A stretch of 64,000 nucleotides of DNA from contig CAVXTH010000006.1 in NCBI GenBank assembly GCA_963764625.1, forward strand, positions 640,001 through 704,000. Direction: 5' to 3'. A program made the translations under genes and the position numbers. Below the pieces are notes generated by a model. It searched no databases and was not told where the DNA came from. It was given only the letters and a program-made list of their open reading frames with translations. Position 1 is the stretch's first letter, and every line of letters begins with the position of its first letter. Positions 53,177 to 62,461 of this stretch are shown piece by piece. Source of the DNA: Candidatus Krumholzibacteriota bacterium (GTDB lineage: Bacteria > Krumholzibacteriota > Krumholzibacteriia > JAJRXK01).

Positions 53177-55585
53177 GTGTCTCGACGCCTTCGGCGCAGC
53201 GTTCTGGGTATCGTACTGGCTCTGGTCGGACTCCTGATCGTGACTTTCTCCACCGGGACCTTTCTCCTGCGCGCCAGTCTGCCGCTCCTTCAGGGCGAGG
53301 AACCGGTGAAAGGCCTGCAGCAGACCGTCACGGTGGAGCGCGATTCCCTAGGGGTGCCCACGATCAAGGCTCGCGACCGTCTCGACGCGGCACGTGCCCT
53401 CGGATTCCTCCACGCTCAGGACCGCTTCTTCCAGATGGACCTGCTGCGTCGCAGAGCCGCCGGGGAGTTGGCCGCACTCTTTGGCCCCGCTCTCTTTGCG
53501 ACCGATCGCGAGGTGCGGCGCCACCGCTTCCGAGAACGGGCAGAGCGGCAAGCCGCGGCTACTTACGGGCGCAACCGAGAAATTCTTTTGGCCTACACTG
53601 AAGGGGTGAACGAAGGACTGGCCGCGTTACACGCTCGCCCCTTCGAATACTTCGTGTTGCGTCAGAGACCCCAGCCCTGGCGCCCCGCTGACACTTTCCT
53701 CACTCTCTATGCCATGTTTCTGGATCTCGACCTCTCCACCGCCACCACCGAAGCAAGCTGGGCCTGCGTGCACGACGTCCTTCCACCTGGGCTTGCGGAG
53801 CTGCTCTTGCCGCGCGGGAACCGCTGGGAGGCGCCGCTGCAAGAGGGGGAGGTAGGCGGCGTTGTCCTTCCCGATTCCTCCCAGGTCGACCTGCGTGAGT
53901 CGTCGGATTGGATTCCCGATGCTAACCCCACCGAAGTCAAAGGTTCCGAAAGCTCTGGCCGCGAGCCCGCCGGGTCGAACAACTGGGCCATCGCAGGAGC
54001 TCTGAGTGGCCATGGTGGCGCTCTTCTCGCCAACGACATGCACCTGGGTCACGCCCTGCCCAACATCTGGTACCGCGCACGCATGAGTTGGCCCGAGGAC
54101 GAGGGAACTCGCTCCATGGTGGGAGTCACGCTGCCCGGCGCCCCGGCGTTGGTCGCGGGGAGCAACGGTCAAGTGGCCTGGGGTTTCACCAACAGCCAAG
54201 GCGATTGGTGTGATCTGGTCCGGCTCGAGTGCGCACCGGGCGATTCCACTCTCTACCGCACTCCGGTCGGCTGGAAACACTTCACGCACGCGCCGCTTCC
54301 GATCGAAGTCGCGGGCGCGAAACCTGACACCCTCTGGGCCGACGAAACGATTTGGGGTCCGGTGTACGGCCACGCTGCGAACGGAGAGCCTCTGGCCCTG
54401 CGCTGGACCGCCTACGATTCCACCGCGGTGAATCTGAATCTGCTCGAACTCGAGTCGACCGGCGATGTAGATGCGGTCGTCGCCCTGGCGGCCAGCCTGG
54501 GGATTCCCGAACAGAACTTGGTATGCGTCGACCAGTCGGGAAGGATCGCCTGGACAGTGGCGGGCGCAATCCCCCGGCGAGTCGGCTTCGACGGACGGCT
54601 TCCGGTCTCGTGGGCCGATGGTAGCCGTCGATGGGACGGGTACTACGACGCTTCCTCGCAACCCAGACTCGTCGATCCCCAAGAGGGTCGCCTGTGGAGC
54701 GCGAACAATCGCGTGACGGCGGGGGAGGATCTTGGGCGAATCGGAGACGGGGGTTACGCGCTAGGCGCGAGGGCGCGACAGATTCGGGACGCTTTGCGCG
54801 CGTTGGACCACCCGGTGGAGAAGGACATGTTGGCGGTGCAGCTCGACGATCGGGCTCTCTTCATGGGGGAGTGGCGTACGCTCTTGCTCACGGTCCTGAG
54901 GCGCACACCACCAACGCCGAACACGGCTCGCGCGGAATTCCAACGAATCGTGCGCGATGAGTGGTCGGGCCACGCCAGCGTGGAATCGGTGGCGTACCGG
55001 CTGGTGCGTGAGGCGACCCATAACTGCGTACAGAGAATCTACGAGATGCTGACCGCGCCCTGTCGCCGCGCCGACCCGCGCTTCCGCTCGATCTGGCTGC
55101 CCTATCGTCACGCCGTGAGCTGGGAACTCTTGAGCAAGCAACCGCGAAATCTCCTGAGTTCCCGCTACCCCGACTGGGACGCGCTGGTGCTTCAGGCAAT
55201 CGACGAGACGGTGGCCGCGGCGACCGCCGAGGGAGCCGAGCTAAAGGACCATACCTGGGGCGCCCGCAATACGGTGGACATCGCACACCCCCTCTGCCGG
55301 CTCTTTCCCTGGTTGAGTCGGTGGCTGGCAGTGCCCCCGCTTCCTTTGCCCGGAGACTCCTGGATGCCCCGCGTGCAGCACCCTCGCCGAGGCGCCAGCG
55401 AGAGGTTCGTGATCTCGCCTGGACGCGAAGCGGAGGGAATCTTCGAGATGCCGGGAGGGGAGAGTGGCCACCCCCTTTCCCGCTTTTTCACCGCGGGAAC
55501 CGGGGCTTGGGCGAAAGGTGAGCCGACGCCACTTCTACCCGGACCCGCGAAGTACCGGCTCACATTGACCCCTCAGGGGACATAG
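53177..55585 (+). CDS. Penicillin acylase family Ntn-hydrolase
   Basis: N-terminal anchor; HAQDRFFQMDL; beta-subunit start GSNNWA; LANDMHL; SANN; PGGESGHPLS. Confidence 0.93.
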   Translation: MSRRLRRSVLGIVLALVGLLIVTFSTGTFLLRASLPLLQGEEPVKGLQQTVTVERDSLGVPTIKARDRLDAARALGFLHAQDRFFQMDLLRRRAAGELAALFGPALFATDREVRRHRFRERAERQAAATYGRNREILLAYTEGVNEGLAALHARPFEYFVLRQRPQPWRPADTFLTLYAMFLDLDLSTATTEASWACVHDVLPPGLAELLLPRGNRWEAPLQEGEVGGVVLPDSSQVDLRESSDWIPDANPTEVKGSESSGREPAGSNNWAIAGALSGHGGALLANDMHLGHALPNIWYRARMSWPEDEGTRSMVGVTLPGAPALVAGSNGQVAWGFTNSQGDWCDLVRLECAPGDSTLYRTPVGWKHFTHAPLPIEVAGAKPDTLWADETIWGPVYGHAANGEPLALRWTAYDSTAVNLNLLELESTGDVDAVVALAASLGIPEQNLVCVDQSGRIAWTVAGAIPRRVGFDGRLPVSWADGSRRWDGYYDASSQPRLVDPQEGRLWSANNRVTAGEDLGRIGDGGYALGARARQIRDALRALDHPVEKDMLAVQLDDRALFMGEWRTLLLTVLRRTPPTPNTARAEFQRIVRDEWSGHASVESVAYRLVREATHNCVQRIYEMLTAPCRRADPRFRSIWLPYRHAVSWELLSKQPRNLLSSRYPDWDALVLQAIDETVAAATAEGAELKDHTWGARNTVDIAHPLCRLFPWLSRWLAVPPLPLPGDSWMPRVQHPRRGASERFVISPGREAEGIFEMPGGESGHPLSRFFTAGTGAWAKGEPTPLLPGPAKYRLTLTPQGT

Positions 55586-55586
55586 A

Positions 55587-55616
55587 TTGATTGTGGTTGG
55601 GCAGGAGTGCTATACT
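55587..55616 (+). promoter_or_regulatory. Sigma70-type promoter of the radical SAM operon
   Basis: TTGATT, 18 bp, TATACT with extended TG. Confidence 0.55.
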
Positions 55617-55687
55617 CGACTTTCTGGCGGAGCTCCCATCCTCTCCGATCGTTGCGCAGCGTTCCTTTCGAATCTTCGAGGTGATCC

Positions 55688-56821
55688 ATGGATCTGTCCG
55701 TGATCCTCACTTATCGCTGTGACTCGCGCTGCTCGATGTGCAACATCTGGCAGAATCCGACGAAAACCAACAGCGAAGTGACCCTCGAGACGCTGGCCAA
55801 GCTCCCAGGAGGCTTCGATCATCTGAATCTCACCGGCGGCGAACCCACCCTCAGGAAGGATCTAGGCGAAATCGTCGATGCCCTCGCTCCCAAGGCGTGC
55901 ACCATCGAGATTTCCACCAACGGCCTTCATCCGGACAAACTGGTTCCCATCGTGAAGCGCCATCCCAGCATCAAGATCCGCATCAGCGTGGAGGGCTTCG
56001 AAGCGACGAACAACTGCATCCGCGGCGAGAAAGAGGGCTTCTCCAAGAAGATGGAATGCATGGATGCGTTGATCGAAGCGGGAGGGACGGACCTCGGTTT
56101 CGCGACGACCTTCCAGGACGAAAACGTGGATGAGATCGTCGACCTCTACGTGATGAGCCGTGACAAGGGAGTGGAGTTCGCCACCTCGGCTCTTCACAAC
56201 GGCTTCCAGTTCCACAAGGACGACAACGTCCCCTACGACCGTCGAGCCATCGCGAGCCGGGTGGAAGACCTGGTGGCGGAGATGATGAAGGCCTGGGATG
56301 CCAAGACTCTATTCCGTGCCTACCTGAACCTGGGTCTCATCGCCAAAGTATTGGGACACGATCGCCTCATTCCGTGTACCGCCGGCAGCATGTTCGGCTT
56401 CATTGATCCGTGGAGTGACGTCTACGCCTGCAACGTCCGGCCGGATCTCAAAATGGGGAACCTCTTGGAAGCGAGCTGGCGGGAGATCATGACCTCGCCG
56501 GTGGCGGACGAGCAGCGCAAGAAGGTCAGCGCTTGCACGCAGAATTGCTGGATGGTGGCCTCGGCGAAGACCGCGATGCGGAACGAGCACTACGCCAAGC
56601 TCCCGCGGATGAAACCTCTGCTCTGGGTGATCCAGAACAAGCTGCGGACCATGCTGGGGATCCGTATTCCTTTCGAGAAGTACGTCGATTATTCCATCGT
56701 GCATCAGGACGAGAACATCGTGCGGCGCGAAACCTATCTGGGGAAACGTCAGAAAGCGGTCATGCAGCCGGACGAAAGCCGGCAGTACGGCCAGTTCAAG
56801 AACGGATTCTTCAATCGCTAG
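55688..56821 (+). CDS. Radical SAM protein with SPASM/Twitch-like C-terminal domain
   Basis: CDSRCSMC (CxxxCxxC), TGGEP, STNG, PCTAG...YACN...CTQNCW. Confidence 0.92.
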   Translation: MDLSVILTYRCDSRCSMCNIWQNPTKTNSEVTLETLAKLPGGFDHLNLTGGEPTLRKDLGEIVDALAPKACTIEISTNGLHPDKLVPIVKRHPSIKIRISVEGFEATNNCIRGEKEGFSKKMECMDALIEAGGTDLGFATTFQDENVDEIVDLYVMSRDKGVEFATSALHNGFQFHKDDNVPYDRRAIASRVEDLVAEMMKAWDAKTLFRAYLNLGLIAKVLGHDRLIPCTAGSMFGFIDPWSDVYACNVRPDLKMGNLLEASWREIMTSPVADEQRKKVSACTQNCWMVASAKTAMRNEHYAKLPRMKPLLWVIQNKLRTMLGIRIPFEKYVDYSIVHQDENIVRRETYLGKRQKAVMQPDESRQYGQFKNGFFNR

Positions 56822-56832
56822 AGGCGTCGCGG

Positions 56833-57993
56833 ATGAATGTGGCCATCCTGGGGATCAAGACCCTGCCCGCGGTGGCGGGTGCGGACCGCGTCGTAGAGAA
56901 GCTTCTGGAAAACTTCTCTACGGAGCACGACTATTGGGTCTACCTTCGCAAGGACTCCTCCTCGGTAAGCTGTCACGACAACCTGCATTTCATCCACGTT
57001 CCGGCTCTGCGCGGAAAGCATCTGGGTTCATTCAGCTATTTCTTCCTCTGTTGCGTGCACTACCTGCTCAAGGGCCGCTACGATCTCGCCCACGTTCACA
57101 ATTCGGATTTCGGACTCTTCGTTCCCCTGCTCCGGCTCAAGCTCGGGGTTCCCGTGTTGGGCACCTTCCATGGTGACCCCTACTCGCGGGAGAAGTGGGG
57201 GAGCTTCGCCAAGCTCTACCTGAGGCTCTCGGAATGTTTCTTCGTTCAGTTCTGTCAAAGAGTGAGCTCGGTTTCCCGCTTCAAAGATCAGGTTCGGGGG
57301 CTGTGGACTAGGAAGGCCGTTACCTACATTCCCAACGGCGTCGATCCCTACTTTCAGGAGAGCCATCCGGAAAGTCTCGACCTGGCGGATTTCGGACTCG
57401 AGCCGCGAGCCTACCTTCTCTTTGCCTGTGGTCGGCTCGATTCAACCAAGGGGCTACATCACTTGCTTGCCGCCTGGGGATCGGTGGACACGACCCACCG
57501 GCTTTGCGTCGTGGGCGACTTCAGCCACGACGCGACGTACAGTGCGCGCGTCGACGCCATCATCGAGGCGGACCCCTCGATTCACGCCCACCGCCGTCTC
57601 CTGGGGAGAGAAGCGCTTCTCGAGCTGGTGAGGAATTGCGTGCTCTTCGTCTTCCCGTCGGAATACGAGGCGATGTCGATGATGCTGCTGGAGGCGATCT
57701 CCTGCATGCGACCGGTCCTCTGCTCGGACATCCCACCGAACCTGGAGCTTCTCGTCCCCGGCTATCCCTACGTGTACCGGACCGGAGATGACCGGTCGTT
57801 GGCCGAACGACTCGAAGCCGCCCTCGCCGATCCTGAGCTCGAACGCTGGAGTGAGAAACTCTACGAACGTTGCATGCGCGACTACGCGTGGGGACCCATC
57901 GCCGCCGAGTACGAGGAACTGTATCGTGAGGCGAGCGGAGGATCAATCGCCCCGGCATCGGCGAGCATGCAGGCGCACAATGGGAGCACCTAG
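56833..57993 (+). CDS. Glycosyltransferase family 4
   Basis: IPNGVD, GRLDSTKG, EAMSMMLLEA. Confidence 0.9.
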   Translation: MNVAILGIKTLPAVAGADRVVEKLLENFSTEHDYWVYLRKDSSSVSCHDNLHFIHVPALRGKHLGSFSYFFLCCVHYLLKGRYDLAHVHNSDFGLFVPLLRLKLGVPVLGTFHGDPYSREKWGSFAKLYLRLSECFFVQFCQRVSSVSRFKDQVRGLWTRKAVTYIPNGVDPYFQESHPESLDLADFGLEPRAYLLFACGRLDSTKGLHHLLAAWGSVDTTHRLCVVGDFSHDATYSARVDAIIEADPSIHAHRRLLGREALLELVRNCVLFVFPSEYEAMSMMLLEAISCMRPVLCSDIPPNLELLVPGYPYVYRTGDDRSLAERLEAALADPELERWSEKLYERCMRDYAWGPIAAEYEELYREASGGSIAPASASMQAHNGST

Positions 57994-57994
57994 C

Positions 57995-60103
57995 ATGAGG
58001 CAGAAACTGAAACTCGGTCTGCTTCTGGAGATCGGACTGCTTGCATGCCTGCCCGCACTCGCATGGAGCAATTCCTTTCTGGTACTGGGGGGTCACATGT
58101 ACGGACTGACCCCGGATAAGAAACCCTGCCCCGGATTTCAGGCCATCGTCGACAGCTTGCCGCACTACGGTCCCGACGCCTACATCGCCGCGGGCGATTG
58201 CACATTCTCCGGTGCTGCTGCCGAGTGGGATAGCCTGCAAGCCACCTACGCGGGCAAGTGGAGCTTCCCCTTCGTTCCCGTCCTGGGGAATCACGACAGC
58301 GAGAACATGGTGGAGTGGTATTCGCGCTGGGGAGATGACACCTGGCGGAGCGACTACGACTCGACGCGTGTCCTCTTCCTCTGGTCATCGCAATCTCCCA
58401 ACGGAAACCCCGACCAAGAGCACTTCAATTTCATCGTGAACGAACTGGCGCAGGCCGCCAGCGATCCCAGCGTCAGCGACCTTCTGATCGTCCAACATCA
58501 CCTGGCTTGGGTGAAGACGAATCCGCGTTACGAAGTGATCCGCGAAATGGGGAACGCCTGGTACGACGAGTTCTCCACCCGTGGATACGACGTGAACGCG
58601 TTCTTCGACGAGCTCTGGCCCCACATCAAGGCGGTGGCACAGGTCAAACCGGTGACGATGTACTGCGGCGATACCGGCTACACCGATCTGGTACCGGGCA
58701 TCTTCTACGACGTGCTCGACGGAGTGACCCTGATCGCGACCGGCTATCACGCCGCAGGAGCTGCGAATAACGATGCGGTGGTGTTCTATCGATCCAGCGG
58801 AGGGAATGTCTCTCTCGAACTGTACTCACCCTGGGGCACGGTCTTCAATCCGCTGCAGAGCTACAATCTGGCGTACTGGACGGCGCAGCTCGCCGCTCCC
58901 GCAGATCCCGTTCCCACCGTCACGCCGGGTCCGCAGCCACCCTTCGTCAGCGATCTCCCTTCGGGAGTCTTCGACATGGGCGACCATGTCGACCCTCGCT
59001 ATGAAACCTACCAGGCTTCGACGGGCTATACCGTGACTCTCTCGCCCTTCGTGATGTCGGTCACCGAAATTACCGTCGCCCAGTACCTGGCTTTTTTGAA
59101 CGATACGGGTTCGAATCTCTACCAGGGATTCTCCTGCGTCGACCTCACCGATGCGCAGTGTCAGATCGAGTATTCGGCCGGAGTCTACTCGGTCAGGGAT
59201 TCGGTGGATTCACGGCTGCCCATCGTCGAGGTGAGCTGGTACGGGGCCCTCGCGTACTGCAACTGGCGCAGCCAACTCGACGGGAAGGATCCGGCCTACG
59301 ACGGCGTGAGCCCGGTGGGGGGGAGCAACGGCTGGCGGCTTCCCACCGACGCCGAGTTCGAGTACGCCATGCGCGGCGGATACGGATCGTCGCCGACCAC
59401 CCCGGGATACTCTCGCTTCTGGTGGGGGGACGATTCGCCCGATTACGTGCACGATTACGCGAACTACTACGGGACCGGGGGAGCGGACGTCTGGGGAGGC
59501 CTGGCGCCGGTGGGATCGTTTCCACCCAACCTCTTCGGACTGAGAGATATGGCGGGCAACGCTTTCGAATGGTGCGCCGACCCCTGGACCTGGTCCGGCG
59601 AACTCTCGGGGAGCGTGAACGATCCCCTCGAAAGCGGTTCGATCGGATACACCCAGTACCGCGTGATCCGCGGCGGTGGATACAACTTCGACTGGGCGGG
59701 CTGCCGCAACGGCTATCGCAGCGGCGAGCTCGCCAACGAGAGTCAGAGCTACATCGGGTTTCGCATCGCACGCTCGGGAAGCGACGTCGTCACCAGTGGT
59801 CCGGCCGTGACTCGGATTCCGGTCAGCGTCGCGCTCAATCCTGCGGTGCCCAACCCCTTCAATCCGCGCACCACGCTGCGCTTCGAGCTGCCCCCGGGCA
59901 TCCACCGCGCGGAGCTCTCCATCTACGATGCGCGAGGTCGTCTGGTGCGCCACCTGAAATCCGGTGACGGTTGGCCTTCGGACGGGCAAGTCATCTGGGA
60001 TGGAATGAACGATCGCGGAAGCGAGAGTGCCTCGGGCAGCTACTTCGCGGTTCTCAAAGCCGGGACCCAGCAGAGTTCGCAGAAGTTGAGTTTGATCCGC
60101 TGA
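57995..60103 (+). CDS. Secreted fusion: metallophosphoesterase-like + FGE-sulfatase (SUMF1-like) + FlgD-Ig domain
   Basis: Signal peptide; AGD, GNHD, QHH; EITVAQY, RLPTDAEFEYA, DMAGNAFEW, RGG...IGFR; C-terminal PNPFNP. Confidence 0.85.
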   Translation: MRQKLKLGLLLEIGLLACLPALAWSNSFLVLGGHMYGLTPDKKPCPGFQAIVDSLPHYGPDAYIAAGDCTFSGAAAEWDSLQATYAGKWSFPFVPVLGNHDSENMVEWYSRWGDDTWRSDYDSTRVLFLWSSQSPNGNPDQEHFNFIVNELAQAASDPSVSDLLIVQHHLAWVKTNPRYEVIREMGNAWYDEFSTRGYDVNAFFDELWPHIKAVAQVKPVTMYCGDTGYTDLVPGIFYDVLDGVTLIATGYHAAGAANNDAVVFYRSSGGNVSLELYSPWGTVFNPLQSYNLAYWTAQLAAPADPVPTVTPGPQPPFVSDLPSGVFDMGDHVDPRYETYQASTGYTVTLSPFVMSVTEITVAQYLAFLNDTGSNLYQGFSCVDLTDAQCQIEYSAGVYSVRDSVDSRLPIVEVSWYGALAYCNWRSQLDGKDPAYDGVSPVGGSNGWRLPTDAEFEYAMRGGYGSSPTTPGYSRFWWGDDSPDYVHDYANYYGTGGADVWGGLAPVGSFPPNLFGLRDMAGNAFEWCADPWTWSGELSGSVNDPLESGSIGYTQYRVIRGGGYNFDWAGCRNGYRSGELANESQSYIGFRIARSGSDVVTSGPAVTRIPVSVALNPAVPNPFNPRTTLRFELPPGIHRAELSIYDARGRLVRHLKSGDGWPSDGQVIWDGMNDRGSESASGSYFAVLKAGTQQSSQKLSLIR

Positions 60104-60121
60104 ACGATAGGGGCGCCCGCC

Positions 60122-61000
60122 TCAACGAAACGTGGTCTCCACATACTCGCTCAGGGCTTCGCGCCAACCCCGCATGGGCGGAAGTCCGATGAGCCGCGCG
60201 CGCAGTCCCTCCAGTGCTTCCGAGGAAGGTCGAAACGCGGCCAGAGGAAACTCAGCCGAGGAACAGGGCTCGACCCGGCAACGCTTGATGCCAGCGGCCT
60301 TCAAAATCACTTCCGCCATTTCGAAGCGCGTGCAGGCGCCTTCGTTCGCCCCGTGATAGGTGCCGAATCTCTCAGTCGAGAGAAGTTCGAGACAGCGCGC
60401 GGCGATATCGGCGGTATAGGTGGGAGAGCCCGTCTTGTCATTGACCGCGAGCAAAAGCTCACTCGTGCGCGCGCGTTCGATCATCTTGGCCACGAACTTC
60501 TTGTCCTCGGGTCCACCTCCGAACATCCATCCGGCCCGGACGATGTAGTGCTTGGCGACCAGCCGCCGCACCGACTCCTCACCGGCAAACTTGCTGCGGG
60601 CATACACGCTGACCGGGGCAGGAGAATCGAATTCGTGATAGGGGGTGATCTTGTCGCCGGGGAAGACGCTGCCGGTGGAGACGTAGAGCAGGCCGCAGCC
60701 ACGCTCGTGACAGAGCGTCGCCAGGCTCTCGGTGCCCATGGCGTTTACCTGCCACGCGTCCGCAGGGTTCCGCTCGCACCCGTCCACATCGGTCAACGCA
60801 GCCAGATGGAGAACCCAGTCGGGCTGAAATCGCCGGATTCCCTCGACCAGATTCTGGTACTGGGTGACGTCGAGCCGGTTTTCCGGATCCCGCTCCAGCT
60901 TGGCGATGTCGGTGGCCCAGACTTCCTGTCCCGCCGCCTCCGCCGCGGTGCGCAAGTCTCTTCCCATCATGCCCCGCGCGCCGGTGATCAGCAGCCTCAT
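60122..61000 (-). CDS. rfbD: dTDP-4-dehydrorhamnose reductase (RmlD/RfbD)
   Basis: TGARGMMG, HLAALTDVDGCE, YARSKFAGE, GSPTY. Confidence 0.88.
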   Translation of the reverse strand: MRLLITGARGMMGRDLRTAAEAAGQEVWATDIAKLERDPENRLDVTQYQNLVEGIRRFQPDWVLHLAALTDVDGCERNPADAWQVNAMGTESLATLCHERGCGLLYVSTGSVFPGDKITPYHEFDSPAPVSVYARSKFAGEESVRRLVAKHYIVRAGWMFGGGPEDKKFVAKMIERARTSELLLAVNDKTGSPTYTADIAARCLELLSTERFGTYHGANEGACTRFEMAEVILKAAGIKRCRVEPCSSAEFPLAAFRPSSEALEGLRARLIGLPPMRGWREALSEYVETTFR

Positions 61001-61247
61001 GGAATCCTCCCCGAAAGTGCCCGGTTTCACGCCCGGAGGCCAAGGCTAGCAGAGCCCGGGCCAGCTGGCGAGGGAGAGCTGGAGCCTGAGCCGCCGGTCC
61101 GGCGCCGTGAAGCCCGCCCTGGGGGCCTCGGGGAGGGGGCAGCGGGCAGGGGCGGTAATTTCTTATTGGAAAGGAACTTGCATGGAAAAAAGAGCGGCAT
61201 TGAGCCCCTTGGAATCCTTCAATTTTCTATGCTATACTGCGTGGGTC

Positions 61248-62360
61248 ATGCGAACCGATATCCAACAGGTACCGTTCCTGGACCTGATGGCCCAAAACGG
61301 CCCCCTTCGTGACGAGATCAACGCAGCGATGGCTCGTGTCATCGATCAGAATGCTTTCATTCTGGGTCCCTCACTGTTTTCCTTCGAGGCGGCATTCGGG
61401 GACTATTGCGAAGCTGCGCTTTGTGTGGGACTCAGCTCGGGCTGCATGGCCTTGCAGCTGATGATGCAGGCGGCGGGGATCAAAGCGGGGGACGAGGTGA
61501 TCACCGTACCCAATACTTTCGTGGCTACGGTCGAGGCAATCCTGGCGGTGGGGGCAACCCCCGTACTCAGTGATGTCGATCCTACGACCTGGCTCATGGA
61601 CGTACATGCGGTGGAAGAGAAGATCACCCCGCGCACGAAGGCAATTCTGGCCGTTCACCTCTATGGGATACCTTGCGATCTCGACGCGCTACGGGCGCTC
61701 GCACAGAAGCACGGTATCCTGCTCCTGGAGGACGCGGCTCAGGCGCACGGCGCCCGTTGGAAATCCTCTCGCATTGGCAGCAGCAGCACCGCCGCGGCCT
61801 TTTCGTTCTACCCTGGCAAGAACTTGGGTGCGATGGGCGACGGTGGCGCCGTGGTGACGGACGATCCCGATCTGGCGGAAACGGTGGCGGCTCTGCGCCA
61901 CCACGGTCAGTTCGAGAAGAACATCCATGCCCTCGCAGGAACCACCGGCAGACTCGACTCTCTGCAGGCGGCGGTCCTGGAGGTGAAGCTAGCACACCTG
62001 GACGACTGGAACGATGGGCGCCGTCGCGTGGCCAAGCGGTATCGAGAACGACTCGCCGGTACTCGGTATCGGATGCCGCAACCCACCGAGGGAGCGGAGC
62101 CTGTCTATCATCTGTTCGTAGTCAACCACCCAGAGGTGGACCGAGTGAAGGAAGTGCTGAGGGAGCACCGAATCGGCCATGGGGTACATTATCCCCTGGC
62201 GGTGCATCTGCATCCTGCTTTCTCTGGCTTGGGTCGCGAAGGGGACTTCCCGGTCGCCGAAGCGATTTGTCGTCAAATCGTCTCGCTTCCGATGTACGCG
62301 GAGCTGGATGACGACACGGTAGACTACGTCAGCGAGGTGTTGCTGAGGCTCGAGTCCTGA
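61248..62360 (+). CDS. DegT/DnrJ/EryC1/StrS PLP-dependent sugar aminotransferase
   Basis: VPFLDL, EDAAQAHGA, SFYPGKNLGAMGDGG, RLDSLQAA, VSLPM. Confidence 0.94.
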   Translation: MRTDIQQVPFLDLMAQNGPLRDEINAAMARVIDQNAFILGPSLFSFEAAFGDYCEAALCVGLSSGCMALQLMMQAAGIKAGDEVITVPNTFVATVEAILAVGATPVLSDVDPTTWLMDVHAVEEKITPRTKAILAVHLYGIPCDLDALRALAQKHGILLLEDAAQAHGARWKSSRIGSSSTAAAFSFYPGKNLGAMGDGGAVVTDDPDLAETVAALRHHGQFEKNIHALAGTTGRLDSLQAAVLEVKLAHLDDWNDGRRRVAKRYRERLAGTRYRMPQPTEGAEPVYHLFVVNHPEVDRVKEVLREHRIGHGVHYPLAVHLHPAFSGLGREGDFPVAEAICRQIVSLPMYAELDDDTVDYVSEVLLRLES

Positions 62361-62461
62361 GACGGAGGGCCGTCCCGGGATTCGAATGGAGCGTGTGAAA
62401 TCTGACACCTGGTTTGAAGGGGCCGGGTGTACGATCAGGGTCGGCCATCGATCACCGTGTA

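Noticed and set aside
59660-59770. FGE/C-type-lectin C-terminus as a diversity-generating retroelement variable region
   Set aside because: I saw no template repeat, reverse transcriptase or Avd gene in the window.
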